Source: Pseudolabrys sp.
GTDB taxonomy: Bacteria; Pseudomonadota; Alphaproteobacteria; Rhizobiales; Xanthobacteraceae
Direction: 5' to 3'
Length of the DNA: 64,000 bases
NCBI GenBank assembly: GCA_025929185.1
Contig: JAICMO010000002.1
Location: 172-64,171, forward strand
This document shows, piece by piece, positions 1-12,919 of the stretch. Below the pieces are notes generated by a model that saw nothing but the letters and a program-made list of their open reading frames with translations, did no database searches and was not told the origin of the DNA. Position 1 is the stretch's first letter. The number at the start of each line of letters is the position of its first letter. The position numbers and the translations under genes were made by a program.

Positions 1-3106
<3,106 letters not shown>

Positions 3107-3122
3107 AAACCGGAGCAACACA

Positions 3123-5027
3123 ATGACCCCGGACGATAAAGTCAACATCCTGCTCGTGGACGATCAGCAAGCGAAGCTGCTCAGTTACGAAGTCATCCTG
3201 CACGAGCTTGGCGAAAACCTGCTGAAAGCGTCCTCGGGCCGGGAAGCGCTCGAGCATCTGCTGAAGTCCGAGGTGGCCGTCGTCCTCGTCGACGTGTGCA
3301 TGCCCGACCTGGACGGTTTTCAGCTTGCGGCGATGATCCGCGAGCATCCCCGCTTCCAGAAGACCGCGATGATCTTCATTTCCGCGATCCATCTTTCCGA
3401 CATGGACCGCTTGCGCGGCTACGAGATGGGCGCCGTCGATTACGTGCCGGTGCCCGTTATCCCGGAAGTCTTGCGCGCGAAGGTCAAGGTCTTCGTCGAG
3501 CTTTACCGCAAGACGCGCCAACTCGAGCAACTCAACGCCGAATTGGAGCAGCGCGTCGCGGCGCGTACCGCCGAGTTGGAGGCGTCGACCGCCCGGCTCA
3601 AGCAGAGCGAAGAACGCCGCGGGCTTGCGCTGGTCGCCGGCAGCATGGGCTCGTGGGATTGGGATCGCACCAATGGCGATTGCCTTTGGGACGAAGGCCA
3701 GCATCGTATCTTCGGCGTCGATCCGAAAGCATTTGCGGTAACGCCGGAAAATGTGCGGGCGCTCATCCACCCTGACGATTGGGAAACCCTGCGCGTCGCC
3801 GTCGAAAAGCTTTTCAAAAATCCCAAGCCGCAACAGGCGGAATTCCGTATTCGACGCGCAAACGGCGACGTGCGCTGGTGCCTCGGCACGGCCTCGCCGA
3901 CGCTGAATTCCAAGGGCGAAGTAGTCCGCATCAGCGGCGTTACGGTCGATATCACCGACCGCAAGGAAGCCGAGGAGCGGCAGGTCCTGCTCGCGCGCGA
4001 GGTCGACCACCGCGCCAAGAACGCGCTGGCGCTGGTGCAGTCGATTATCCGGCTGACGCGCGCCAATTCGGTTTCAAATTACGTGGAAGCCGTCGAGGGG
4101 CGCATCAAAGCGCTTTCGCGCGCCCACACGGTGTTGGCGCTCGCGCGCTGGCAGGGCGCCGATCTTGCGGGCCTGGTCGACGAAGAACTGATGCCTTTCA
4201 AGACGCATGATGCGGACAAGATCATCGTCGAAGGACCGAAGGTGCTGCTGCAACCGACGCACGCGCAGACGCTGGCGCTGGCGCTGCATGAGCTTGCGAC
4301 CAACGCCGCCAAATACGGCGGCCTGTCGACCGGCGCCGGACGCGTGAGGCTGATCTGGAAGGTGGATGGCGGCGATCTCGTCTTCCATTGGACGGAAACC
4401 GGCGGGCCGAAGACCGACACGCCCGTGTTGCCGGGCTTCGGCACCAGGATCATCATGGCCAGCGTGCAGGGCCAACTCGGAGGCAAAGTGGACTTCGACT
4501 GGCGGCCGGAAGGCCTTCGGTGCGTCATGAGCATTCGGATGAGCGACAAAATCGGGCCGCCCGACACCGTGAAGAACGGACACAAGCCCGCGCTGAAAGG
4601 GCCGCCGATCGACGAATCCGATTTCGTCATCACGGGCAACCGCATCATGGTGGTGGAAGACGAAGCGCTGGTCGCGATGGCCGCACGCGACGTTATGACC
4701 GAACTGGGCTTTTCGGTTGTCGGACCTTTCGGCAAGGTCAGCGAGGCGGTCGCCGCGCTGAAAAAGGGCGATATCGATGCGGCGATCCTCGACATCAACC
4801 TCGGCGGCGAGCTTGTCTACCCGCTTGCCGATATCCTGACGACGGGGGGCGTTCCGTTCATCTTTGCCACCGGCTACGGACCGGAAAGCATCGACCGCCG
4901 TTACGCGAGCGTGCCGGTTTTGCAGAAGCCGATTGAGCGGCGCGCCCTGGAGCGGATTTTCGTGCGGCCGGACGAAGTAAGCATCGCCCGCAAGGGCGGG
5001 CGGCGCGCACCGATCAGCGCTCAATAG
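3123..5027 (+). CDS. Receiver-PAS-HWE/HisKA_2 histidine kinase with C-terminal receiver
   Basis: N-terminal CheY-like module (ILLVDDQQ..VDVCMPDLDG), coiled coil and PAS-like segment (GSWDWD..IHPDDW..FRIRRANGDVRW). The HWE-type H-box is EVDHRAKNALALVQS (His codon 4008-4010), with HELATNAAKYG and GFGTRI boxes. A second receiver (IMVVEDEALV..LDINLGGE) follows. GGAG lies 8 nt before the ATG, and the gene starts 16 nt after the upstream kinase. Confidence 0.85.
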   Translation: MTPDDKVNILLVDDQQAKLLSYEVILHELGENLLKASSGREALEHLLKSEVAVVLVDVCMPDLDGFQLAAMIREHPRFQKTAMIFISAIHLSDMDRLRGYEMGAVDYVPVPVIPEVLRAKVKVFVELYRKTRQLEQLNAELEQRVAARTAELEASTARLKQSEERRGLALVAGSMGSWDWDRTNGDCLWDEGQHRIFGVDPKAFAVTPENVRALIHPDDWETLRVAVEKLFKNPKPQQAEFRIRRANGDVRWCLGTASPTLNSKGEVVRISGVTVDITDRKEAEERQVLLAREVDHRAKNALALVQSIIRLTRANSVSNYVEAVEGRIKALSRAHTVLALARWQGADLAGLVDEELMPFKTHDADKIIVEGPKVLLQPTHAQTLALALHELATNAAKYGGLSTGAGRVRLIWKVDGGDLVFHWTETGGPKTDTPVLPGFGTRIIMASVQGQLGGKVDFDWRPEGLRCVMSIRMSDKIGPPDTVKNGHKPALKGPPIDESDFVITGNRIMVVEDEALVAMAARDVMTELGFSVVGPFGKVSEAVAALKKGDIDAAILDINLGGELVYPLADILTTGGVPFIFATGYGPESIDRRYASVPVLQKPIERRALERIFVRPDEVSIARKGGRRAPISAQ

Positions 5028-5164
5028 GTTACCCGATATTTGCAGCGGCGCTGCCTTACGGCAGCCTGGCGGCGCATGCCTGTCAAGCGGTGCGGACCTC
5101 GACAAGGGCGCAAATTTCGAAAAGATAGGCCGGACGAAAACCCGCCACTGTCAGGTCTCCCACC

Positions 5165-6907
5165 ATGGATATGATGAAAAGTGAAATTCGCGACGGCATG
5201 CAAATCGACTGGGACGTTCCCATCCCGATGGACGACGGCATCGTCCTTCGCGGCGACGTGTACCGGTCGACCGACGGCGGCAAGTATCCCGTTCTCCTCA
5301 GCTACGGCCCCTACGCCAAGGGCTTGTCGTTTCAGGAAGGTTACAAGAGCGCCTGGGCGCGGTTGACCAAAGCTGCGCCCGAAGTGCTGCAAGGCTCGAG
5401 CAACAAGCACCAGAACTGGGAGCTGGTCGATCCCGAGAAATGGGTGCCGGACGGCTATATCTGCCTGCGCATCGACTCACGAGGCGCCGGCCGCTCGCCG
5501 GGTTACATGGATGTGTGGTCGCCGCGCGAAGCGCAGGACATCTATCAGTGCGTCGAATGGGCCGGTACGCAGCCTTGGAGCAACGGCAAGGTCGGCATCC
5601 ACGGCATTTCCTATTACTCGATGAACCAGTGGCAAGTCGGCGAACTCAACCCGCCGCATCTGGCCGCGCTGTGTGTCTGGGAAGGCGCCTCCGATTATTA
5701 CCGCGAGCTGTGCCGGCACGGCGGCATTCTCAGCGATTTTTTCAATAGCTGGTGGCCGCGGCAGGTGGTGAGCATGCAACATGGCGTCGGCACGCGTGGC
5801 GCAAAGAGCGTCGTCACCGGCGAACCGGTCGCCGGACCGGAGACGTTGTCCGAGGAGGAGCTTGCAAAGAACCGCGCCGACTCACCGGGACGAGCGAAGC
5901 GTGAGCGCTTTGACAACAAGGATTACGTGCCCCGCAGACCCGATTTTTCGAAAATTCAGGCGCCGCTGCTGTCGGCCGCCAATTGGGGCGGCATGGGCCT
6001 GCATACGCGCGGCAATTTCGAAGGTTGGGTCGCCGCCGGATCGAAGCAGAAATGGCTGGAAGTGCACGGCGACACGCATTTCACGCACTTCTACAGCAAT
6101 TACGGCGACGCGTTGCAAAGGAAGTTCTTCGGCCATTTTCTCAAGGGCGAAGACACCGGCTGGGACAAGCAGCCGCGCGTGTCTCTCAACATTCGGCATC
6201 CGGGCGAGAAATTCGTGCTGCGCGCCGAAAACGAGTGGCCGCTCGCTCGCACGCAATGGACCAGATATTTCTTGCAGCCGGATGGCAAGGGGCTGAGCAC
6301 TGAAACGCCGAAAGCGACGGCGACCGTGAGCTACGATACGACCGGCGACGGTCTCACGTTCAGCACGGCCCCGCTTGCCGAACCGGTCGAGATCACCGGG
6401 CCGGTGGCCGCGAAATTGTGGCTGTCCTCTGAGACCACGGACGCAGACATCTTTCTTGTGCTGCGGGTGCTCGACCCCGCCGGCAAGGAAGTCACCTTTA
6501 CCGGCTCCAACGATCCGCGCACGCCGGTCGGCTTGGGCTGGCTGCGTGCGTCGCACCGCAAGCTCGATCCGAAGAAGTCGCCGCCTTACAGGCCGTGGCA
6601 TCCGCACGACGAGGAATGGCCGCTCAAGCCGGGCGAGCCTGTCGAACTCGACGTCGAGATTTTGCCGACCTGCATCGTGGTCCCCGCCGGCTATCGCTTT
6701 GCGCTGACCGTGCGCGGCAAGGACTATGAGGTGGACGGCACCGATATCGCGCTTCCCAATGCACCCTACCCGATGAAAGGCGTCGGGCCCTTCCTGCATA
6801 TCGACCCGGACGACCGGCCACCCGCGATCTTCGCCTGCCGCAACACGCTGCACTTTGCGCCCGGCAAAGAGCCATACCTCTTGTTGCCCATCATTCCCTC
6901 GGCGTAA
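5165..6907 (+). CDS. CocE/NonD family (peptidase S15-like) alpha/beta hydrolase
   Basis: 580-aa ORF. The N-terminal region is typical of X-Pro dipeptidyl-peptidase/cocaine-esterase family proteins (DGIVLRGDVYRS..YPVLLSYGPY, RIDSRGAGRSPG). The nucleophile elbow is GIHGISYYS, and a C-terminal beta-sandwich-like domain follows. Confidence 0.8.
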   Translation: MDMMKSEIRDGMQIDWDVPIPMDDGIVLRGDVYRSTDGGKYPVLLSYGPYAKGLSFQEGYKSAWARLTKAAPEVLQGSSNKHQNWELVDPEKWVPDGYICLRIDSRGAGRSPGYMDVWSPREAQDIYQCVEWAGTQPWSNGKVGIHGISYYSMNQWQVGELNPPHLAALCVWEGASDYYRELCRHGGILSDFFNSWWPRQVVSMQHGVGTRGAKSVVTGEPVAGPETLSEEELAKNRADSPGRAKRERFDNKDYVPRRPDFSKIQAPLLSAANWGGMGLHTRGNFEGWVAAGSKQKWLEVHGDTHFTHFYSNYGDALQRKFFGHFLKGEDTGWDKQPRVSLNIRHPGEKFVLRAENEWPLARTQWTRYFLQPDGKGLSTETPKATATVSYDTTGDGLTFSTAPLAEPVEITGPVAAKLWLSSETTDADIFLVLRVLDPAGKEVTFTGSNDPRTPVGLGWLRASHRKLDPKKSPPYRPWHPHDEEWPLKPGEPVELDVEILPTCIVVPAGYRFALTVRGKDYEVDGTDIALPNAPYPMKGVGPFLHIDPDDRPPAIFACRNTLHFAPGKEPYLLLPIIPSA

Positions 6908-6943
6908 GCTTTGCGGCAAAACATTAAAAATGGGGAGGATTCA

Positions 6944-7921
6944 ATGATAAAGCGTCTCGCTGCGATCGCCTTTGCCGCGCTCGGCCTGTTCGCCCTCGCG
7001 GCACAGGCTTCCGCGCAGCAATATCCAAGCCGCACCATCACCATTATCGTGCCCTACCCGGCCGGCGGCCCGACCGATACGACCGCGCGCGAGATTGCAC
7101 GGGGCCTTTCCGACAGGCTCAAGCAGAACGTCATCGTCGAGAACGTTACCGGCGGCGGCACCATCATCGCCACCAACAAGCTCGCCAAAGCAGATCCCGA
7201 CGGCTACACGCTGATGCTGCACAACTTGCAAATTTCGGCGAACGTCACGCTTTACAAACACCTTCCCTTCAACACCGAAAAAGACCTGACGCCGGTGATG
7301 CTGGTCAACAAGAACCCGCTGGTGCTGCTGGGCCGCGAGACGCTCGCGCCGAACGATTTCAAGGGACTGCTGGCGCTGATGAAAAAGCAGACCCTGAAAG
7401 CGGCTATTCCTGGTTATGGCGCTACCGGCCATCTTGCGACGACGCTGCTTGCGCAGGAGACGAAAACAAAAATCGACGAAATTCCATACCGCGGCTCGGC
7501 GCCGGCCATGAACGACCTTCTGGGCGGGCACGTCGACCTTTTCATCGCGACGCCACAAGCCGCCGTGCCGCAGGTGAAAGCGGGGAAATTGAAAGCCTAT
7601 GCGGTTACGTCAAACGAGAAGCTGGCCGACCTTCCGACCGCCGCTCCGCTCGCGACCGCGCTCGGGCCGAAGTTCGACATCATCTACTGGCAGGCGTTGT
7701 TCGCGCCCGCCAAGACGCCCGACGCGGTGCTCAAGAAGCTCAACGCCACGCTGCAAGAAGTTGTTGCCGATCCTGCCTTGGTGAAGCGCTGGAAAGTCGA
7801 GGGCTTCGATGCCTTCCCGAAAGATCAGCTCTCGATTGACGCCGGACGCGCGTTCCTCAAAAGCGAGATCGCGCGCTGGGGCAAAGTCATTCGCGACAAC
7901 AACATCAAGGTCAATCAGTAA
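6944..7921 (+). CDS. Bug/TctC family tripartite tricarboxylate transporter substrate-binding protein (orphan, no TctAB nearby)
   Basis: Signal peptide MIKRLAAIAFAALGLFALAAQASA. The Bug-family opening is YPSRTITIIVPYPAGGPTD, followed by ENVTGGGG-like and IPYRGSAPAMNDLLGGHVD motifs. I chose the internal ATG at 6944, preceded by GGGGAGGA, over the track start at 6911. Confidence 0.85.
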   Translation: MIKRLAAIAFAALGLFALAAQASAQQYPSRTITIIVPYPAGGPTDTTAREIARGLSDRLKQNVIVENVTGGGTIIATNKLAKADPDGYTLMLHNLQISANVTLYKHLPFNTEKDLTPVMLVNKNPLVLLGRETLAPNDFKGLLALMKKQTLKAAIPGYGATGHLATTLLAQETKTKIDEIPYRGSAPAMNDLLGGHVDLFIATPQAAVPQVKAGKLKAYAVTSNEKLADLPTAAPLATALGPKFDIIYWQALFAPAKTPDAVLKKLNATLQEVVADPALVKRWKVEGFDAFPKDQLSIDAGRAFLKSEIARWGKVIRDNNIKVNQ

Positions 7922-7930
7922 CGCGCTTCT

Positions 7931-7961
7931 AAGCCGGCGCGGCCTGTTACTGCGCCGGCTT
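7931..7961. terminator. GC-rich hairpin between convergent genes (putative bidirectional terminator)
   Basis: AAGCCGGCGC (7931-7940) pairs with GCGCCGGCTT (7952-7961) around an 11-nt loop. It lies between the Bug gene stop (7921) and the convergent hydrolase stop (7947), and the second arm overlaps the last codons of the hydrolase. There is no clear U-tract. Confidence 0.4.
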
Positions 7962-9134
7962 TAGCACCTGCTCGAGCCAGTCCCACATATAGGCCGAGCA
8001 GATACTCTGGTTGTCGATCTGGCAGTGGTGATAACCGCCCTCCTCGCGCGTGAATAATTTAAACGTCTTGTGCTTCGACCCGACCGCATCGAAGCACTTC
8101 TGCGCTTCACCGAGCGGAATCTGCTCGTCGCCTTCGCCATGCAGCATCAGGAACGGACATGTGATCCTTTGCACGGCGCCATCGAGATTGAACGGCGCAA
8201 GCTTTTTCAGCGCCTCGTCCTGTGAGGCAGCGTTCAGTACCCACATGATGTGATGCGATGCGACGGAGAGCGACGGCGTCTCCGACCGCGCAATGCGGTC
8301 GAAGCGATCGCGCCAGATTTTCTGATAGTCCCATTGCGCGCCCCACGCGATGCAGCAGGCAAAGCGCCGCTCGAAAGCCGCCGCGCGCGGCGCGTAGTAG
8401 CCGCCGAGGCTGATGGCCATCACGCCGATGCGATTTGCATCGATTTCCGGCCGCGACGCCAGATACTCGTACGCCGGCGTGGCATAATGCTCGGTATCCG
8501 GGCGCAGATAGAGATTCCGGAAACGAATGCTTTCGCCGTTTCCGGGGCCGTCCACAATGAGGCACGCGATGCCGCGCGACACGAGATCGGCGATCCCCTT
8601 GAAGTATTGAATTTCTTTTGTGACATCGAGCCCATCAAAGAACACCATGGCCGGCACCTTGCCAACGTTGTTTACCGGCTCCGCATGCACGTAGATTGCA
8701 GGAAGACTTGTCCCCCCATAAGGAATTTCGACATGCTCAAGGCGCGGCCGCTTGATGTGCTTGGCCACATCGCGCAGGCAGTTCACGCCGCGCATGTAGG
8801 CGTCGTTCCCCTTTTTGCTCTTCGGCTGAAGAAATCGTTCGCCGACGTGATAGTAGATGCTGGCGCGCTGAAGATATTGTGCGCCGCTCTTTGCGTGCCC
8901 TTCGCCGATGCGTTGACGCCCACGGTCTTCGACGACACGCGCCTCGCGCGCCCACTCGCGAAACCACGCATCATCGTCGCCGACTTTATCTTTCAATCGG
9001 AGACCGATCCGGTTGATTTCGCCGATTTCCGCGCCACCCCACGGCGCCGTGTTCAGGCCGATCAAAAGCCCATGCGACCAGCGGTAATTGTCAGGGAAAT
9101 AAAGGAATGACAATTCCTCCTGAACGCCGCTCAT
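7947..9134 (-). CDS. Alpha/beta hydrolase (FrsA/DUF1100-like; resembles C-C bond hydrolases such as 2,6-dihydropseudooxynicotine hydrolase)
   Basis: 395-aa ORF with an alpha/beta-fold core (PAMVFFDGLDVTKE, nucleophile elbow GVMAISLGGYYA, C-terminal HGEGDEQIP..GGYHHC). Its start overlaps the stop of the upstream MarR gene at 9131-9134. Confidence 0.7.
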   Translation of the reverse strand: MSGVQEELSFLYFPDNYRWSHGLLIGLNTAPWGGAEIGEINRIGLRLKDKVGDDDAWFREWAREARVVEDRGRQRIGEGHAKSGAQYLQRASIYYHVGERFLQPKSKKGNDAYMRGVNCLRDVAKHIKRPRLEHVEIPYGGTSLPAIYVHAEPVNNVGKVPAMVFFDGLDVTKEIQYFKGIADLVSRGIACLIVDGPGNGESIRFRNLYLRPDTEHYATPAYEYLASRPEIDANRIGVMAISLGGYYAPRAAAFERRFACCIAWGAQWDYQKIWRDRFDRIARSETPSLSVASHHIMWVLNAASQDEALKKLAPFNLDGAVQRITCPFLMLHGEGDEQIPLGEAQKCFDAVGSKHKTFKLFTREEGGYHHCQIDNQSICSAYMWDWLEQVLKPAQ

Positions 9135-9763
9135 AGTGTTGCTCCTGTGCCTGTCCGCGCCCGTGACTGGCTGACGCGAGAAGATTTCGATCGGCGCATG
9201 GCGTTTCCGCCAGAAACCGGGCGCGATACCGTTTTCAATGCCGTCGGCGAATGCTCCATCGAGGCAAGGAGCTTGCCGAGCAGACGTGCCAAGGTCCGCC
9301 TCTCGCCGGACGAAAAAAGTGACAACATGCCTGCCATCGCCTCGAAATGCCGCTTGATCGCGCGGTCCGCAAGCGATCGCCCGGCCGGCGTCAGCTTCAC
9401 GATCACGCCGCGGCGATCATGCGGATCACGTATGCGCCGAACCCAACCCTGTCGTTCCACCCGATCGATGCGATTGGTAACCGCTCCGGAACTCAGCAAC
9501 GATTCATGCAGCAGGTCGGTCGGCCGCAGTTCAAACGGCGGCCCGGCGCGCCGGAGCGTCACGATCAGGCTGAAGGATTCCCAACCCAAGCCGATATCGT
9601 CCAGCAATTGCTCCGTCCTTCGCAACAGGTGGCCGGAAAGACGATGGATGCGCCCAAATACGCCCAATGCATACGGATCAAGATCGGGACGCGCAGCGCG
9701 CCACTGTCGCAGGAAATGATCGATTGAATCGGCGGATTGTTCGCCGGAAGCCGCCCTCGCCAT
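9131..9763 (-). CDS. MarR family transcriptional regulator
   Basis: Winged-helix MarR core (LRPTDLLHESLLSSGAVTNRIDRVERQGWVRRIRDPHDRRGVIVKLTPAGRSLAD). I prefer the ATG at 9763 (MARAAS...), which leaves the palindrome at 9796-9811 intergenic. The track start is 9808. Confidence 0.85.
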   Translation of the reverse strand: MARAASGEQSADSIDHFLRQWRAARPDLDPYALGVFGRIHRLSGHLLRRTEQLLDDIGLGWESFSLIVTLRRAGPPFELRPTDLLHESLLSSGAVTNRIDRVERQGWVRRIRDPHDRRGVIVKLTPAGRSLADRAIKRHFEAMAGMLSLFSSGERRTLARLLGKLLASMEHSPTALKTVSRPVSGGNAMRRSKSSRVSQSRARTGTGATL

Positions 9764-9795
9764 CTTGCTCGCGCCCTTCACTCGCGCTCCGGGAT

Positions 9796-9827
9796 ATCTT
9801 GACATCAAGATACATTACATCAAGATT
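9796..9827. promoter_or_regulatory. Candidate MarR operator / divergent promoter: 7-2-7 palindrome plus a third half-site
   Basis: ATCTTGA-CA-TCAAGAT at 9796-9811, then a repeated CATCAAGAT at 9819-9827. It sits between the divergent MarR gene and the amidohydrolase operon. It overlaps TTGACA (9799-9804) and a weak -10-like AAGATT (9822-9827) at 17-nt spacing on the + strand. Confidence 0.45.
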
Positions 9828-9848
9828 TCACGAGCGAGAAGGTGAGCC

Positions 9849-11261
9849 ATGCGGCGCACTCTGGTGAAGAACGGCTACGTCGTCACGGTCGACGCCGAAC
9901 GCGCGGTGCACCCGGGTGGCTTCGTTGCAATTGAGGGGCCCAAAATTTCCGCCGTCGGCCCCGCGGCTGCGGCGCCCGAAGGCAGCGGGTTCGATGAGGT
10001 GATCGACGCCGGCGGCTGCATCGTGTTGCCTGGCCTCATCAACGGCCACCAGCATCACTGGTACACGCTATTCAAAGGCCTGGCCGACGGGTACCTGCTG
10101 GAAGATTGGGTAACCGATTTTCTTTTGCCGCTGACACGCCACCTGCCGGAAGAAGGAATGCGCGCATCGAGCTACGTCGGCGCGATGGAAATGCTCTCGA
10201 CGGGGACGACGTGCTCGCTCAATCATTCCGTTACGACCACGACGCCGGACATGGTGCGCGCCACCATCGAGCCGCAGGCCGAAGTCGGTATTCGGCAGGT
10301 CTTTGCCAAGGAACTACGCTGCCGCACGCCCGGCAATCCGCATCATCCATTCACCCTCGATGAATCGCTTGCTTCGTTCGAGCAGGAATTCCATCAATGG
10401 GACGGCACCTCGAATGGACGCGTCCGCATGGCGATGGTGATCGAATCGAATGCGCATTGGGTCGCCGCCGGCATGACGACGGAAGAGCTCATTTGCCGCG
10501 GCTACGAACTCGCGCGCAAGCTCAACGCAAAAATATCGACCCATATCGCCGGCGGCACCTTCTCAATCGAGAAGGGCTTCTTGCGCTATTTGCGCGAAAC
10601 GGGGCGAACCGACGTCCGTTATCTGATGCAACTCGGCCTACTCGACCCGCATTGGGTTCTCATCCACGGCATTCACGTCACCGAGCTCGACATTGAGCAC
10701 ATGGCGCGCGTCGGCTGTAGCTTCGTTTACACGCCGACGAGCGAATCCATTCGTGGCGGCGGCATCGGGCCTTTTGCCAATGCCTGGCGCGCTGGCGTAA
10801 ACGTGGCGCTCGGGACGGACGGCCCGATGGTCGATTACAGCGTGGACATGGTCGAGCAGATGAAGGCCTGCTCCATGATGCAGCACGTCCGCCACCTCGA
10901 TCCGACCCGCATGTCCGTCGAACGGACGATCGAAATGGCGACGATCAACGCAGCCAAAGCGCTTGGGCTCGACCATGAACTCGGTTCATTGGAAGCCGGC
11001 AAACGAGCCGACATCGCCATATTCCACATCGAGAAGCCCTACGTCGGCGTCCTGCACCGGCCGATTTCCAGTTTCATCTGCGCCGGCAAGGGGAGCGATG
11101 CGCGCGTAGTCCTGGTCGATGGAGAGATCGTGTACCGGGACAGCGCCTTTCCGCGTTTCAAGGACAGCGGCCGCGTCATCGTGGAAGCGGAAAAGATCGG
11201 CAAAAAGGTGTTAGCTGACGCCGGGCTGAGCGGCCGCCTCGCGCCGGCCTGGCGACATTGA
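9849..11261 (+). CDS. Amidohydrolase superfamily enzyme (TRZ/ATZ chlorohydrolase / aminohydrolase-deaminase type)
   Basis: The opening is typical of the family (LVKNGYVVTVD...VLPGLINGHQHHWYTLFKG, with the HxH metal site). Later metal ligands are in STHIAG and LIHGIHV, and the Asp is in ALGTDGP. Confidence 0.85.
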   Translation: MRRTLVKNGYVVTVDAERAVHPGGFVAIEGPKISAVGPAAAAPEGSGFDEVIDAGGCIVLPGLINGHQHHWYTLFKGLADGYLLEDWVTDFLLPLTRHLPEEGMRASSYVGAMEMLSTGTTCSLNHSVTTTTPDMVRATIEPQAEVGIRQVFAKELRCRTPGNPHHPFTLDESLASFEQEFHQWDGTSNGRVRMAMVIESNAHWVAAGMTTEELICRGYELARKLNAKISTHIAGGTFSIEKGFLRYLRETGRTDVRYLMQLGLLDPHWVLIHGIHVTELDIEHMARVGCSFVYTPTSESIRGGGIGPFANAWRAGVNVALGTDGPMVDYSVDMVEQMKACSMMQHVRHLDPTRMSVERTIEMATINAAKALGLDHELGSLEAGKRADIAIFHIEKPYVGVLHRPISSFICAGKGSDARVVLVDGEIVYRDSAFPRFKDSGRVIVEAEKIGKKVLADAGLSGRLAPAWRH

Positions 11262-11298
11262 TGCCGCAGCGATCGACCGCAATAGTGGATGCTCCGAC

Positions 11299-12111
11299 AT
11301 GGACGTGACGGTCGAGGATGTGACGCAGGTCTGGCCCGGGCGGCGTGGCGTCGACGTGGTCGCCCTTGACCGGTTCTCGCATCGCTTTGCCTCGCGCCGC
11401 TTCTCTTGCCTACTCGGCCCGAGCGGCTGCGGCAAGAGCACATTGGTGCAGATCGTCGGCGGCATCGAAACCGCGTCGAGTGGACGCGTCCGCATAACTG
11501 ACCCCGCCCATCGTGAAATGGTGCGCCCGCTCGGTGCCGATTCGGTGATGGTCTGGCAAAATCTCAATCTGTTTCCGTGGCGCAGCGTGCTCGATAACGT
11601 CGCATTCGGCCTGGAAATGCAGGGCATCTCCAAAACCGAGCGCCACGAACGATCGAGGACCCTGCTCGCTTCGGTCGGCCTGCGGGGCTTCGAAGGACAT
11701 CTGCCGGGGCAACTCTCGGGCGGCATGCGTCAGCGCGTGGCGCTTGCGCGCGCGCTGATCCTGGAGCGGCCGATCATGCTGATGGACGAGCCATTCGGTG
11801 CGCTCGATGCGCAGACCAAGATCGTCATGCAGGAAGAGCTGCTGCGCGTGTTCGACGAAACGAAGAAGACGATCATCTTCGTCACGCATGCGATCGAAGA
11901 AGCAATTCTGCTTGGCGATGAAGTCATTGTCATGACCGCGCGCCCTGGCCGCATCAAAGAGGTTCTTCCCGTCGATTTGCCGAGGCCGCGCTCGCTCGAA
12001 ATGGTGAACTCGAAAGCGTTCGGTAGCCTGTTCGACCGCGCCTTTCACCTCATCCGCGAAGAGGTCATGACCTCGATGGCGCAACAAACGATGGCGCTGG
12101 AAACGCGATGA
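11299..12111 (+). CDS. ABC transporter ATP-binding protein (NitT/TauT nitrate/sulfonate/taurine-type importer)
   Basis: Walker A GPSGCGKST, Q-loop, signature LSGGMRQRVALARAL, Walker B IMLMDEPFGALD. The stop overlaps the permease start (ATGA at 12108-12111). Confidence 0.9.
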   Translation: MDVTVEDVTQVWPGRRGVDVVALDRFSHRFASRRFSCLLGPSGCGKSTLVQIVGGIETASSGRVRITDPAHREMVRPLGADSVMVWQNLNLFPWRSVLDNVAFGLEMQGISKTERHERSRTLLASVGLRGFEGHLPGQLSGGMRQRVALARALILERPIMLMDEPFGALDAQTKIVMQEELLRVFDETKKTIIFVTHAIEEAILLGDEVIVMTARPGRIKEVLPVDLPRPRSLEMVNSKAFGSLFDRAFHLIREEVMTSMAQQTMALETR

Positions 12112-12902
12112 AGCCCGAGAGAGGCACCTTCTCCGGAGTTGCCGAGCGCGCCGCGCCCGCACTCGTCGTGATTGCCGTGCTGTTGGGCTGGGAACTGCTC
12201 GTGCGCTGGCATGGTATCGCACCGATTTATCTGCCGGCACCGAGCTCGATCGCCACTTATCTCTTCCGCATGATCGCCAATGGCTCCATCGAGTTCAATC
12301 TCGGTGTCACGTTGCTGCGGATTTTCGCCGGTTTTGCGGTCGCGGCTATTACCGGCGTGACGCTCGGCGTGCTGATGGGCATGTCACGCATGGTCGCGCG
12401 TATCGCCGATCCCTGGATCGCCGCGCTTTACCCGCTGCCGAAGATCGCGCTGATCCCCCTGCTCGTGATCTGGCTCGGCACCGGCGAGGTGTACAAGATC
12501 GTCATCAGCGCCATCACCGCATTTTTCCCCATTGTCATCAGCACTTACGCGGGCATTCGGCAGACCGATCAGGGACTGATCAAGGCAGCACGAGACCTTG
12601 GCGCCAATCGCCGCCAAATCCAGATGAAAATCGTCATCCCGGCCGCCATCCCGAGCATTTTCGCGGGACTGCATCTCGGAATGGGCGTGACCATCATCCT
12701 GGTGGTCGCGGCGGAAATGATCGGCAGCTCCAGTCAGAGCGGCATGGGCTTTCTCTTGATTCAAGCCGGCCAGGTCATGGAGACTGAAAAAGTATTTGCG
12801 AGCCTGATCGTGCTCGCAGTGGTCGGCGCACTGGTCATCAAATTGCAGGAATGGATCGATCGCAAGGTCGCGCCGTGGACGGCTTATCGAGACGAACACT
12901 AA
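12108..12902 (+). CDS. ABC transporter permease (NitT/TauT type, BPD_transp_1)
   Basis: Six-TM-like hydrophobic profile with the EAA-loop-like segment KAARDLGANRRQIQMKIVIPAAIP. It is coupled to the upstream ATPase. Confidence 0.9.
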   Translation: MKPERGTFSGVAERAAPALVVIAVLLGWELLVRWHGIAPIYLPAPSSIATYLFRMIANGSIEFNLGVTLLRIFAGFAVAAITGVTLGVLMGMSRMVARIADPWIAALYPLPKIALIPLLVIWLGTGEVYKIVISAITAFFPIVISTYAGIRQTDQGLIKAARDLGANRRQIQMKIVIPAAIPSIFAGLHLGMGVTIILVVAAEMIGSSSQSGMGFLLIQAGQVMETEKVFASLIVLAVVGALVIKLQEWIDRKVAPWTAYRDEH

Positions 12903-12919
12903 GAACACGGGAGGGTGAC

